Of a DNA stretch of 64,000 bases, positions 41,518 to 51,283 are shown piece after piece (positions within the stretch are counted from its first letter, which is position 1; each line of letters begins with the position of its first letter). Source of the DNA: Desulfobacterales bacterium (GTDB lineage Bacteria; Desulfobacterota; Desulfobacteria; Desulfobacterales; UBA2174). The translations under genes and the position numbers were made by a program. The notes under the pieces were generated by a model that saw only the letters and a program-made list of their open reading frames with translations, did not search any database and was not told the DNA's origin. Location: NCBI GenBank assembly GCA_963668645.2, contig CAXXWC010000021.1:1408001-1472000 (forward strand), in the 5' to 3' direction.

Positions 41518-41994
41518 ATGAGTTACGACTTCACCGCCGACGATGTTTTCGAAATGGCCGAACAACTGGAGCGCAACGGCGCCAAGTTTTACCGCACTGC
41601 CGCCGACGCGGTGGCCGAGGCCGCAGCCAAGCAACTGCTGCTGGAGCTGGCCGCCATGGAAGACGACCACGAGAAAACCTTCAAAACCTTACGATCTGAC
41701 CTTTCAAAAGCCGAAAAAAGCGGAACGGTCTTTGATCCGGAAGGCGAGGCCGAGCTCTATCTGCGAGCCCTGGCCGACACCAAGGTCTTTTTCGACAAAC
41801 AGATCGACACCTCATCGATGCACGAAATTCTCAAGGACGCCATCACGGCGGAAAAGGACTCCATCGTCTTTTACCTCGGAATCCGCGAAATAGTGCCAGA
41901 ACAGCTCGGCAAGTCCCGGCTGGACGCCATCATCAAAGAGGAGATGGGCCATATCCGGCTGCTGAGCAAGCACCTGAAGGCTCTGGGAAAGTAA
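41518..41994 (+). CDS. Ferritin-like/rubrerythrin family di-iron protein
   Basis: AAGGAG RBS; E..G..FY, EDDH, AEKDSIVFY, EEMGH. Confidence 0.87.
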   Translation: MSYDFTADDVFEMAEQLERNGAKFYRTAADAVAEAAAKQLLLELAAMEDDHEKTFKTLRSDLSKAEKSGTVFDPEGEAELYLRALADTKVFFDKQIDTSSMHEILKDAITAEKDSIVFYLGIREIVPEQLGKSRLDAIIKEEMGHIRLLSKHLKALGK

Positions 41995-42117
41995 AAACGG
42001 AATCACTTGGCAGATCGTCTTTCGCACGCACAGCGGTCTGATACAGGAAGGCAACGGGGCGCCGTGCGCAGCGGCGCCCGGCCGGATTGGAACTGCGCCG
42101 CTCATTTGACGGGTTGA

Positions 42118-42744
42118 CTACCTTCGCTGCATAAAAGCCAATCGAAGTCCCAATGCGATGAGAATACTCCCAGTGAACCAACGGACTTTTTGGGCAAAAT
42201 TGTGTTTCCGAGATAGCCAGGAGCCGATCCCGCCTGAAAAATAGCCGAGAAGCACAAGAAAAACAACTCCACACAGGGCAAATGTCAGCCCTAAAAAAAC
42301 CATTTGAATGGAAGCGCTTCCATATCTTGGATCAACGAATTGTGGCAAAAAGGCAAGAAAGAAAAGAGCCACTTTGGGGTTAAGAACATTGCACAGAACT
42401 CCCTGAATAAATACCGCCCTCATTGTGAGTTGAGGTTTGTCGTTGTTGAAAGCGAGAACAGTCTTATCTTTTATGGATTTGATTCCAAGATATATCAGAT
42501 AACCGGCACCGGAAAATTTGACTGTAAGAAATGCCATGGCTGATGTTTTCAAAATGATTGCAAGACCGAACGCGGCAAAAACGGTGTGAACCAGAATTCC
42601 CAGTGTAATGCCTATAGCCGATATCATTCCGGCCTTGCGCCCCTGAGCAACCCCCTTTGTGATCACGTATATCATGTCAGGCCCCGGCGTGATGATAAGT
42701 ATCCAGGAGGCCGCGAAAAAGAGCGCAAAGCTTGACCATTCCAT
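42118..42744 (-). CDS. LysE/RhtB family exporter
   Basis: ITPGPD, GAGYLIYLG, NVLNPKVALFFLAFLPQF. Confidence 0.9.
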   Translation of the reverse strand: MEWSSFALFFAASWILIITPGPDMIYVITKGVAQGRKAGMISAIGITLGILVHTVFAAFGLAIILKTSAMAFLTVKFSGAGYLIYLGIKSIKDKTVLAFNNDKPQLTMRAVFIQGVLCNVLNPKVALFFLAFLPQFVDPRYGSASIQMVFLGLTFALCGVVFLVLLGYFSGGIGSWLSRKHNFAQKVRWFTGSILIALGLRLAFMQRR

Positions 42745-42820
42745 TTTATTTCCCCGTCAATAGAATTTTATGCAAACACGAGTTGTTAAGACGATCCCAT
42801 TCTGCGCTCTGATCGGCAGA

Positions 42821-43606
42821 TCATATCGTTATCGCGCCCTCCAGATAAAGAGCGGCTTTACCGGAAATCCTGACACGAGTATCGGCATGTTTACAAAATA
42901 ATTCTCCACCCCGTTTCGAGACCTGAAGTGCATGCAGCTCTTTCTTGTTTAGCATCTTTGCCCAGTGAGGTATCAACACACAATGTGCGGATCCTGTTAC
43001 CGGGTCCTCCGGTATGCCTACCTTGGGAGCAAAGAAGCGGGAGACAAAATCGCATCGCCCTCCCCGGGCGGTGATAATTATTCCCCGGCAATCGACTTTC
43101 TCCAATGCGACGAAATCGGGGGTAACGGCCGCAACTGTCTTCTCGCTGTCTAGCACCGCCATCAGATCCTCCGCCGAACCGAAGACTTCAACGGGCGCAA
43201 CCCCCAATGCCTCGCTTAAGCCATCGGGAGCAGGCCGGGTGTGGGTGGGTCGCGCCGGAAAGTCCATTTCAAGGATATCCCCATGCTTTTTTACGGTGAG
43301 CTCTCCGCTTTTGCGCGTTTGAAATTTAATGATATCCCCACTCCAGTTGCGGCAGGCATACTGAACAAAAGCACTTGCCAGGGTCGCATGACCGCAAAGC
43401 GCAACTTCCGTTACCGGGGTGAACCAGCGGAGGTCAAATCCGTGCGCATTCGAAACAAGAAAAGCGGTTTCAGACAAGTTGTTTTCCGCCGCAATGGACT
43501 GCAAGCGGCTGTCATCGATCCATTGCTCCAGTATGCAGACAGCCGCCGGATTTCCGGAAAACACCTCGGATGTAAACGCATCAACCTGGTAGATGGGTAT
43601 CTTCAT
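42821..43606 (-). CDS. PhzF family isomerase/epimerase
   Basis: YQVDAF..GNPAAV, NNLSETAF, LRWFTP..EVALCGHATLA, EDPVTGSAH. Confidence 0.92.
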   Translation of the reverse strand: MKIPIYQVDAFTSEVFSGNPAAVCILEQWIDDSRLQSIAAENNLSETAFLVSNAHGFDLRWFTPVTEVALCGHATLASAFVQYACRNWSGDIIKFQTRKSGELTVKKHGDILEMDFPARPTHTRPAPDGLSEALGVAPVEVFGSAEDLMAVLDSEKTVAAVTPDFVALEKVDCRGIIITARGGRCDFVSRFFAPKVGIPEDPVTGSAHCVLIPHWAKMLNKKELHALQVSKRGGELFCKHADTRVRISGKAALYLEGAITI

Positions 43607-44144
43607 TTGTCCTTTCCCATGCCCGAGATCTATAATTATTTTAAAAAATTCCCTTTTAATTCCCACGAAAAGCAAAGGCCCCTGGAATTCAAACAATCAA
43701 TGGGTCGCCTCATATCCTTTATGTCCTTGACGTTAATTCATATGGTTACGGGCCGGCCATTGCAGCCCACAAGATCAAGTCGAAGCGGATAACCGGTGTC
43801 TATCATTTTCTTTCAAATAAACCTCCAAGCGACGCAAGACCCAGCCCCAGGGATCCGCATATAATGCATGCCGCATTACCGCACCTCTACCCAAGTGTTT
43901 TCATTCAAGATCTCCATACCACCATCAACCGGCAATCTCAATCCTAAAACGGTTGACTGTGCCACTCTTCATGCTGTAATATTAATACCCTTTAGCCCAA
44001 CAGCTCGCCTTCGATGTAGTGAAAACTGGCCCGAATTCCATCGTCGATACAAAGCTGGGGCACCGTCGCCGTTGAGGAGAAGGAATCTGCTTGCAACAGC
44101 GACGCGAACCGGAAACGATAAATCATAACATAGAAAATCGAGAT

Positions 44145-44855
44145 ATGCCCACCAAAGGCTTCAAACAAATACGCCAGAAAAAGGTCAGCGACCAGGTTCT
44201 TGAGCAGATCCGCGACATGATCCGCGCAGGCAATCTCAGTCCAGACGAAAAACTTTTGCCGGAAAGGGACTTGGCCAAGCTTCTCAAGGTGAGCCGCTCA
44301 TCGGTGAGAGAAGCGCTGCTGAAACTCGAAATCATGGGGATGATCGAACTGCGCCACGGCGAAGGGACTTTCATCCGCTCGGTTGCCGAGGAGGAGCTCA
44401 ATCCTTTATTTGAGACCTTTTTGAAAAATCGCGACAGCGTCCTCGATTTGATGGAAATCCGCTCCGTGCTCGAGGCCTGGTCGGCAAAGACGGCCGCGGC
44501 AAGAGCCACGCCGCGGCAGGTATCCCGGTTGCGCCAATGCCTCCAGGAGATGCAACAGGCCAAGCGTTCGAAAATAATCGGATACGAACTGAATCTCGAG
44601 TTTCACCGGCTGATCTCCCTGGCGGCCCACAACACCCTTCTCGTGCATGTCATGAACATCTTCGCGGGCTGGTTTCGGCAGGTCACTGCCGGGGTCTATC
44701 AGAAGATGTACGAAGACTGTGAGTTAAAGGAAATCCTGTTTCAGCAGCACAAAGAGATCGTGGATGCCATCGCAAGCCGTAACGAAGACGCCGCCTATCA
44801 GGCGATGACACGGCATCTTGAGTTTGCGCGCCGCCAGCTCGAGGTCGAAAAATAA
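44145..44855 (+). CDS. GntR family regulator, FadR subfamily
   Basis: wHTH LPERDLA..VSRSSVREAL, GEGTFI; FCD domain with FH and QH residues. Confidence 0.92.
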   Translation: MPTKGFKQIRQKKVSDQVLEQIRDMIRAGNLSPDEKLLPERDLAKLLKVSRSSVREALLKLEIMGMIELRHGEGTFIRSVAEEELNPLFETFLKNRDSVLDLMEIRSVLEAWSAKTAAARATPRQVSRLRQCLQEMQQAKRSKIIGYELNLEFHRLISLAAHNTLLVHVMNIFAGWFRQVTAGVYQKMYEDCELKEILFQQHKEIVDAIASRNEDAAYQAMTRHLEFARRQLEVEK

Positions 44856-45165
44856 CCGGACACGCCTTGCACCATAGCACTTATCACCCTGTCCCATCCA
44901 CAAACGACATCTCTTATTTCCCCTGGCGGCGTTCGCACGTTGCAGCCGCCGTGAAATTGCCCCCTGTTCTTTAGGCCCTCTTATCCCATTCGGGCCTTGC
45001 AAGAGTCAGAAATCAGCCAGCCGTGCGTAAACACCGATCCCCCCGGCTTTTACGCAACAATACGACGGCCCGAATGACCATCACTTATAACGCACTGAAA
45101 TAGAAAAGCTTTCGACTTCCCTCCCAAGACAGCACGCCATAAACCCGGAAAGCTGAAATTAAGTA

Positions 45166-45215
45166 TTGACACAGGGGAAAACCTGTGCAACAAAATAGGC
45201 TAGAGGTCAGACCTC
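45166..45215 (+). promoter_or_regulatory. Putative promoter (-35 TTGACA) with a FadR-type operator GAGGTC-A-GACCTC
   Basis: TTGACA at 45166-45171 (the -10 is weak); perfect palindrome at 45203-45215 matching GGT-N3-ACC. Confidence 0.6.
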
Positions 45216-45381
45216 AAGCCAAAATCGGATACATGTAAAAATGGCATTTTAACAAGTACTTATACCGTATCAAAGAAAGGCCATTGCACATAGCATAGTT
45301 CATACAACAAAATTTTAAGGAGGATGCTCTCAGAAAGGTTGCCCGGATGCCCCGATATTATTATTATTTAATAATAAATAA

Positions 45382-45394
45382 TATCAATATGTTG
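45382..45394 (+). promoter_or_regulatory. IHF-like binding site
   Basis: TATCAA-TATG-TTG matches WATCAANNNNTTR, with an A/T tract immediately upstream. Confidence 0.5.
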
Positions 45395-45453
45395 TATCGT
45401 AATCGAGGATCTGCAAGGGTATCGTTAATCACTATTTTCAAGGAGGCCGCCAG

Positions 45454-45699
45454 ATGAACGGGTATGCTAAGAAGCGAAATCTAGTCGTAGCGTGTATTTG
45501 TGCATGGCTCATATGTTTTTCCCTGCAGGGAGCCGGCGTTTTGGGTGTCTCGCCCAAGCCGCTGATCTTCGGGATTCCTTCGTCGGTCTGCTACCTGCTG
45601 CTGATGGGGATCTGGGGTGTTGCCAATGCCATCGTCTCCGTAAAGCTGCTGGCCCCCTATTTCTATGAAAAAGCCGAAGCCGTAATGAACCAGGAATAG
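45454..45699 (+). CDS. Small two-TM membrane protein, probable partner of the downstream symporter
   Basis: AAGGAGG RBS; two hydrophobic segments, PLIFGIP; precedes an SSS gene. Confidence 0.7.
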   Translation: MNGYAKKRNLVVACICAWLICFSLQGAGVLGVSPKPLIFGIPSSVCYLLLMGIWGVANAIVSVKLLAPYFYEKAEAVMNQE

Positions 45700-45790
45700 T
45701 CCCACGGCTCGGCATTGGCTGCCGATACCGTGTTGCATGGCGGATCACAACCTTTCGGAAATCATAATCCGAGGCTTAAAGGAGCGCATC

Positions 45791-47251
45791 ATGTCAGGTA
45801 TAGGGTGGTTGGCGATCGTAATCGTAACATATATCATTATTGTTTTGGTGGTGGGCCTGATTGGATATCGCAAGACTGTTTCCACGGCTGAAGATTATTA
45901 TATGGGCGGTCGTGCCCTCGGGACCCTGGTTCTTACGGGCACATCCATTGCCACTTACGCCAGCCTCTGGACATTTCTCGGCGCCGTAGGCGGAAATTAC
46001 CGTATCGGTCTCACCTTTATTTCAATGATGATGATGTGGAACATTCTTTGGCCCCTGCTGACCTGGTTTGTGGGCACCAAGGTATGGCTGCTCGGAAAAA
46101 AATATAAGTATATCACCTATTCAGAACTGGTGAACGACTACTACGGTACCCGATGGCTCGGTATCTTGGCGGCCGCCTTCGGAATTTTGGCGCTCTTGCC
46201 CTATATCGCCGTCCAGTTGATGGGAGGCGGAATCGTCATCGAGACATTTACAGCCGGCAAAGTCTCCTTTGCGGCCGGCGTTTCGGTTACCTTCATCTTC
46301 ATGGTGTTGGTCATTTCCCTGGCCGGTCTGAAGTCCGTTGTGTTGACCGACACGTTACAGGGACTTTTCTTTTTGAGTGTTATGGTAGGGCTGGCCTGGT
46401 ATGCGGTCAAGCTCATCGGCGGGCCCGGGGCGATGTTTGCCGACCTGGCAAAAAACCACGAGGCCATTTTGATCCCCGGCAAGATGGGCATGGGAATATG
46501 GCTGGGCTTCGTGCTGACCTGGGGGCTTTCGGTCTTTTTGCCTCATATGTTCCAGCGGTTGATGATGGCCAAGGATCCCAGGACCATCGGCAGGGCGACC
46601 ATCGCGTCGTCTATCTTCAGCGGCTGGGTTCAGACCCTGCCGGTGTTCATTCTCGGCATTGCCTGTGTGATCCTGATTCCGGGCGTCACCGGTAAAGCCA
46701 CCGACTCGATGACGGTTCTGTTCAGCAACAAGTATCTGTCACCTGCATTCGCCGCCCTGGTCATTGGCGGTGCATTTGCAGCAGGCACTTCGACCCTGAA
46801 CAGCCAACTGTTGACCGCCTCCTCCCTCTTTCTGAGAGATTTGGTCATCAATCCGTTTAACCTTAAACTTTCCCCCTCAAAAGAGACCATGCTCGGACGT
46901 TTGATTGTTGTCGGCATGGGAATCATCGTGCTCATTATCGCGTTGTCCCGGCCCGGACTGATCGTGCCGATCTCGACGGCAGGAACGGCTATCTGCATCT
47001 CAAGTTACCTCTTTCCGGCTATCGGGATCCTTTTTTTGAACAGGGCAAGCAAGACGGCTGCTTATGCCAGCCTGATCTGCGCCGGCACAGCCTCGGTGGT
47101 GACATGGCTGGTGTGGCCGTTTCCTCTGGGCATCTACAATGTGCTTTGGGGCTATCTGATCGGCGGAATCGTATTTTTGATCTGCACGGCGCTGGATAAA
47201 ACCCCTCCGACCAGTATTCAACTAGAAGTGAAACAACTACTGGAGTACTAG
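45791..47251 (+). CDS. Sodium:solute symporter (SSS; PanF/PutP-like)
   Basis: AAGGAG RBS; EDYYMGGRALG, SLWTFLG, TDTLQG, LPHMFQR, STLNSQLL. Confidence 0.9.
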   Translation: MSGIGWLAIVIVTYIIIVLVVGLIGYRKTVSTAEDYYMGGRALGTLVLTGTSIATYASLWTFLGAVGGNYRIGLTFISMMMMWNILWPLLTWFVGTKVWLLGKKYKYITYSELVNDYYGTRWLGILAAAFGILALLPYIAVQLMGGGIVIETFTAGKVSFAAGVSVTFIFMVLVISLAGLKSVVLTDTLQGLFFLSVMVGLAWYAVKLIGGPGAMFADLAKNHEAILIPGKMGMGIWLGFVLTWGLSVFLPHMFQRLMMAKDPRTIGRATIASSIFSGWVQTLPVFILGIACVILIPGVTGKATDSMTVLFSNKYLSPAFAALVIGGAFAAGTSTLNSQLLTASSLFLRDLVINPFNLKLSPSKETMLGRLIVVGMGIIVLIIALSRPGLIVPISTAGTAICISSYLFPAIGILFLNRASKTAAYASLICAGTASVVTWLVWPFPLGIYNVLWGYLIGGIVFLICTALDKTPPTSIQLEVKQLLEY

Positions 47252-47273
47252 CGCCCAAAAAGGAACCGATACG

Positions 47274-47993
47274 ATGGAATACGACATCTTGTTACCCGGC
47301 ATCCCGGTGGCATCGGCCCGCGGCGCACTCGGGTGGTGCACGGTGTCCATTATCCGCAAGGGGGGACGGCGGATTCTCTTTGACACCGGCTCCCACGGAG
47401 ACCGTGGCCTTTTACTTGAGGCCTTGAAAATGCAAGGGCTGACAACGGATCAGATCGACGAGGTATTTGTCTCTCATTTGCATTTCGACCATTTCCTGAA
47501 TGTAGATCTGTTTGAAAAGGCCACCATCTGGGTGCCGAAGCGGGATTTGGGCTATGTTCTGGAAAAAGAGTATCTGACCTGTAGCGACCCCTACGTGCCG
47601 GCCACGATGGTTCGCTGCCTACAGGATCGTCTCTTCGGCTACGAGGATGGGCAACCGATCGTTGCCGGACTCAGGGTCATGGCGCTTCCCGGCCATACGC
47701 CCGGACTTTGTGGACTGCTCGATGAGGAAAGCCGCACCCTCTTTGCCGGCGATGGCGTCAAAAACGGGTGGGAATTTGCTAATGACATTTCACCTCCGGC
47801 CTTTTTCGATGCCCAGAAGGCCGTGGCCAACTACAAACGGGTCTGGCAGGCGGCTGAAACCGTCGTACCCGGTCATGACAGGCCTTTCCGGCTGACAAAA
47901 AAACAAAAAATCGAATACCTGCGCGATGTCAAGGTGGCAATCCGTTTTTGGCCGGGCCCCGAGCAGGAGGAGAAAACGATACCGATCGCCTAA
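47274..47993 (+). CDS. Metallo-beta-lactamase fold hydrolase (lactonase-like)
   Basis: FDTG, SHLHFDH (HxHxDH), PGHTPG, AGD, PGHD. Confidence 0.85.
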   Translation: MEYDILLPGIPVASARGALGWCTVSIIRKGGRRILFDTGSHGDRGLLLEALKMQGLTTDQIDEVFVSHLHFDHFLNVDLFEKATIWVPKRDLGYVLEKEYLTCSDPYVPATMVRCLQDRLFGYEDGQPIVAGLRVMALPGHTPGLCGLLDEESRTLFAGDGVKNGWEFANDISPPAFFDAQKAVANYKRVWQAAETVVPGHDRPFRLTKKQKIEYLRDVKVAIRFWPGPEQEEKTIPIA

Positions 47994-48069
47994 ACCGGCG
48001 TTATAAGATCCAGGCCTCGATTTCATTTCTTTATCTGTCATCAGGGGTACCGATCCTCAGGAACAGGAC

Positions 48070-49560
48070 ATGGCCGATACAAAGAGCAGATACGACGTGC
48101 TGATCATCGGCGCCGGGGTCGTGGGCAGCGCCATAGCCCGGGAGCTTTCCCGGTACCGTCTCGACGTGGCGGTGCTGGAAAAGGAGTTGGACGTCTCCAT
48201 GGGAACCAGCTCCCGCAACTCCGGCGTGATCCACTCGGGAATCCACTACAAGCCCGGGACCCTGCGGGCGCGGCTCAATGTCCAGGGCAACGCCATGATG
48301 CAGCCGCTATGCCGCGAACTGAAAGTCAAGATGCGTTACACCGGCAAACTGACGGTGGCCATGGGCGAAAAGGGCGTCGAGACCCTCCACCGGCTCAAGG
48401 CCCAAGGAAAAGCCAACGGGGTCCCGGGACTCGAGATCCTCGACGCGGCCGGCATGCAGCTTAAACAGCCTGGGGTTGGCGGGATCGCCGCTCTCTGGTC
48501 GCCCACCACCGGCATCATCTGCCCCTACGGACTGACCATTGCCCTGGCCGAAAATGCGCTGGCCAACGGTGTCGATTTTTTTCTCGAACGGGAGGTTACC
48601 GGCATCGACCGGGACGAAGGCGGATTTCAGGTAAAAACCGCCTCCGGCGAGCGCTTTTCGTCCAGGGTGCTGATCAATGCCGCCGGGCTTTTTTCCGACC
48701 GGATCTGCAGGATGATAGGAATCGACGAATACCGTATCTACCCCTGCCGCGGCGAATACCTGATCCTGGACAAGCGGCTCGGAGATTGCCTCTCGGTGCT
48801 GGTCTATCCTACCCCCGAACAAAGCGGCAGCGGGCTCGGTATACACCTGACCAGCACGGTGGACGGCAACATCCTCATCGGACCGAGCAACGAGTACGTC
48901 GACGGGCCGGAGGACGTGGCCTGCACGGCGAGCATCCTCGCACTCCTCAAACAGGAGGGGCACGCGCTGCTGCCGGGCATCTCGGCCGCTGATTTCATCC
49001 GCAGCTTTTCAGGGTTGCGGGCCAAGCAAGTGCCGCCGGGTGTTGGGGGGTTCGATGATTTTGTAGTGGAAAAACGGGCCGATGTGCCGGGTTTTATCAA
49101 CACTCTGGGCATCGAAAGCCCCGGGCTGACCTCTTCGCCGGCCATCGCCCTGATGGTGCGCGATTTCGTCTCCGAACTGCTGCCCCTCGATCCCAAGGTC
49201 GACTTCTTGGCTGAACGCCCGGGGCAGGCCGAATCTTTTGCCGACCTCACCTTCGAGCAAAAGGCCGATCTGGTGGCCCAGGACCCGGATTGGGGTGAAA
49301 TCGTCTGCCGTTGCGAGCAGGTCACCCGCAGGGAGGTTATCGACGCCATCCAAAATCCGCTTAGGGTGCGAACCCTGGCGGCGATCAAGTACCGCTCCCG
49401 GGCGATGATGGGCCGGTGCCAGGGCGGGTTCTGCCTGCCGCGCATCACGCGCATCCTGGAACAGGATTTCGGTTACCGGCCGGAGGATTTTCTACTGTTC
49501 AGCCCAGGCGGCCGCCTGTTTCAAGGCCGGGTGCGAAGCGAGGTGCCTATCCATGCATGA
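48070..49560 (+). CDS. FAD-dependent oxidoreductase (LhgO/GlpA-like) with a C-terminal BFD-like [2Fe-2S] domain
   Basis: IIGAGVVG, SRNSGVIHSG, GIESPGLTSSPAIA, CRCE...MGRCQGGFC. Confidence 0.88.
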   Translation: MADTKSRYDVLIIGAGVVGSAIARELSRYRLDVAVLEKELDVSMGTSSRNSGVIHSGIHYKPGTLRARLNVQGNAMMQPLCRELKVKMRYTGKLTVAMGEKGVETLHRLKAQGKANGVPGLEILDAAGMQLKQPGVGGIAALWSPTTGIICPYGLTIALAENALANGVDFFLEREVTGIDRDEGGFQVKTASGERFSSRVLINAAGLFSDRICRMIGIDEYRIYPCRGEYLILDKRLGDCLSVLVYPTPEQSGSGLGIHLTSTVDGNILIGPSNEYVDGPEDVACTASILALLKQEGHALLPGISAADFIRSFSGLRAKQVPPGVGGFDDFVVEKRADVPGFINTLGIESPGLTSSPAIALMVRDFVSELLPLDPKVDFLAERPGQAESFADLTFEQKADLVAQDPDWGEIVCRCEQVTRREVIDAIQNPLRVRTLAAIKYRSRAMMGRCQGGFCLPRITRILEQDFGYRPEDFLLFSPGGRLFQGRVRSEVPIHA

Positions 49561-50794
49561 GATAAAAAAAGACGTGGTGGTGATCGGCGGGGGGCCTGCA
49601 GGGCTGGCGGCGGCCGTGGAAGCCCGCAAAAGTGGATGCCGCAACGTGCTACTGATCGAACGCGATCACCTCCTGGGCGGAATCCTCAACCAGTGCATCC
49701 ACGACGGATTCGGACTGCACCGCTTCGGCGAGGCCCTGACCGGTCCGGAATACGCCCAGCGCTACATAGACGAGTTCAACGCGCTGGGGATCGAAGCCAT
49801 GCTGGGTACCATCGTGCTTTCTCTCGACGGCCGGCGGAGTCTTTACGTGAGTTCCAGGCGGGGGCTGGCACGCATCCAGGCCGGAGCCGTGGTGCTGGCC
49901 ATGGGCTGCCGCGAGCGGACCGCCGGGGCCATCGGTATTCCCGGAACCCGGCCTGCCGGGGTTTACACGGCCGGGGCGGCCCAGAACCTGATCAACCTGC
50001 AAAACGTCATGGTGGGCAGCCGGGCGGTAATCCTCGGCTCCGGCGATATCGGCATGATCATGGCCCGCCGCATGACCCTCGAAGGGGCCCGGGTGGAGGC
50101 CGTTTTCGAGCTGCTTCCCTACGCCAGTGGTCTGGCCCGCAACATCCAGCAGTGTCTCAACGATTTCGACATTCCCCTCTATCTGAACACCACAGTGGTC
50201 GAGGTTCACGGCCGGGAACGGGTGACGGGGGTGACCGTGGCCCGGGTGGATGAAAACAGGCGGCCGGTACCCGGCAGCGAGCGGCTGGTGCCTTGCGACA
50301 CCCTGCTTCTTTCCGTCGGGTTGATTCCGGAAAACGAACTTTCCACCGGCGCCGATGTGGCACTGGCCCCCCGGACCAACGGCGCTCTGGTGGACGAACA
50401 CTGTATGACGAGCATCCCGGGAGTGTTTTCCTGCGGCAACGTGCTCCATGTCCACGATTTGGTCGACCATGTCTCGCAAGAGGCGGCCCGGGCAGGGGTG
50501 TCCGCCGTACGCTACCTTGACGGTGATATCGCGCCGCTTGAAACCGCAGTCTCCATCGCCGCCGGTGAGGGGATCGGTTACGTGCTGCCCCAAAAGACCG
50601 GCGGCCGCGAGGATTTCACCCTGTCGCTGCGCGTCACCGAGCCTTTTGCGGAAAAGGCCGTGTTAATCCGCGACGGAAATCGCAAGGTGGCGCGCAAGAA
50701 GCTGCACCGCCTGCACCCGGCAGAAATGATCCGTATCAAGGTCAAAGCAGAGAAAATTCAAAATGCGTCACGACTGGAGGCGGTGATCGAATGA
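49553..50794 (+). CDS. NAD(P)/FAD-dependent pyridine nucleotide-disulfide oxidoreductase family protein
   Basis: GGGPAGLAAA, GILNQCIHDGFG, AMGCRER, GSGDIG, CGNVLHVHDLVD. Confidence 0.88.
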   Translation: MHEIKKDVVVIGGGPAGLAAAVEARKSGCRNVLLIERDHLLGGILNQCIHDGFGLHRFGEALTGPEYAQRYIDEFNALGIEAMLGTIVLSLDGRRSLYVSSRRGLARIQAGAVVLAMGCRERTAGAIGIPGTRPAGVYTAGAAQNLINLQNVMVGSRAVILGSGDIGMIMARRMTLEGARVEAVFELLPYASGLARNIQQCLNDFDIPLYLNTTVVEVHGRERVTGVTVARVDENRRPVPGSERLVPCDTLLLSVGLIPENELSTGADVALAPRTNGALVDEHCMTSIPGVFSCGNVLHVHDLVDHVSQEAARAGVSAVRYLDGDIAPLETAVSIAAGEGIGYVLPQKTGGREDFTLSLRVTEPFAEKAVLIRDGNRKVARKKLHRLHPAEMIRIKVKAEKIQNASRLEAVIE

Positions 50795-51180
50795 AAACCA
50801 GGGAACTTGTCTGCATCCTCTGCCCCAACGGGTGCAGACTGCAGGCCGAGATTCTGCCGGTAGAAAGCCCAGCGGTGGGCGAGGTCACCGGCAACCTCTG
50901 CGAAAAGGGACCCGAGTGGGCCAAGCAGGAGATCCTCCATCCGGTCAGGAGTATCTCCACCAGCGTCCTGGTCAGAGGAGGACTTTATCCGCTGGTCAGC
51001 GTCAAGACCGATACACCCATCGCGCGCGAGAAGATCTTCGACGTGATGAAGGAAATCCGGGCCTTGGTCGTGAATGCGCCGATCCACATGGGCGACGCAC
51101 TCATCCGCAACCCGGCCGGCACGCAGTGCGCCATCGTCGCAACGCGCAGCAATCCACAGTGCATCGGAGGCCGTGATTAA
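50791..51180 (+). CDS. DUF1667 family CxxC protein (small metal-binding subunit)
   Basis: CILCPNGC, GNLCEKG, VSVKTDTPI; translationally coupled to the upstream oxidoreductase. Confidence 0.85.
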   Translation: MKTRELVCILCPNGCRLQAEILPVESPAVGEVTGNLCEKGPEWAKQEILHPVRSISTSVLVRGGLYPLVSVKTDTPIAREKIFDVMKEIRALVVNAPIHMGDALIRNPAGTQCAIVATRSNPQCIGGRD

Positions 51181-51283
51181 AAGCGCTGCTCGCCCCGGCA
51201 TGATCGGCGCCTTTTCACACCAACGCCTGCTGATCTACCGGCACGCCGGCAACGGTAGGCGGTATCCCGGCGAAGCGATTTTT

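Noticed and set aside
45230..45360. Sigma54 promoter near the IHF-like site
   Set aside because: Only a poor GG-N10-GC match; no TGGCAC...TTGC consensus.
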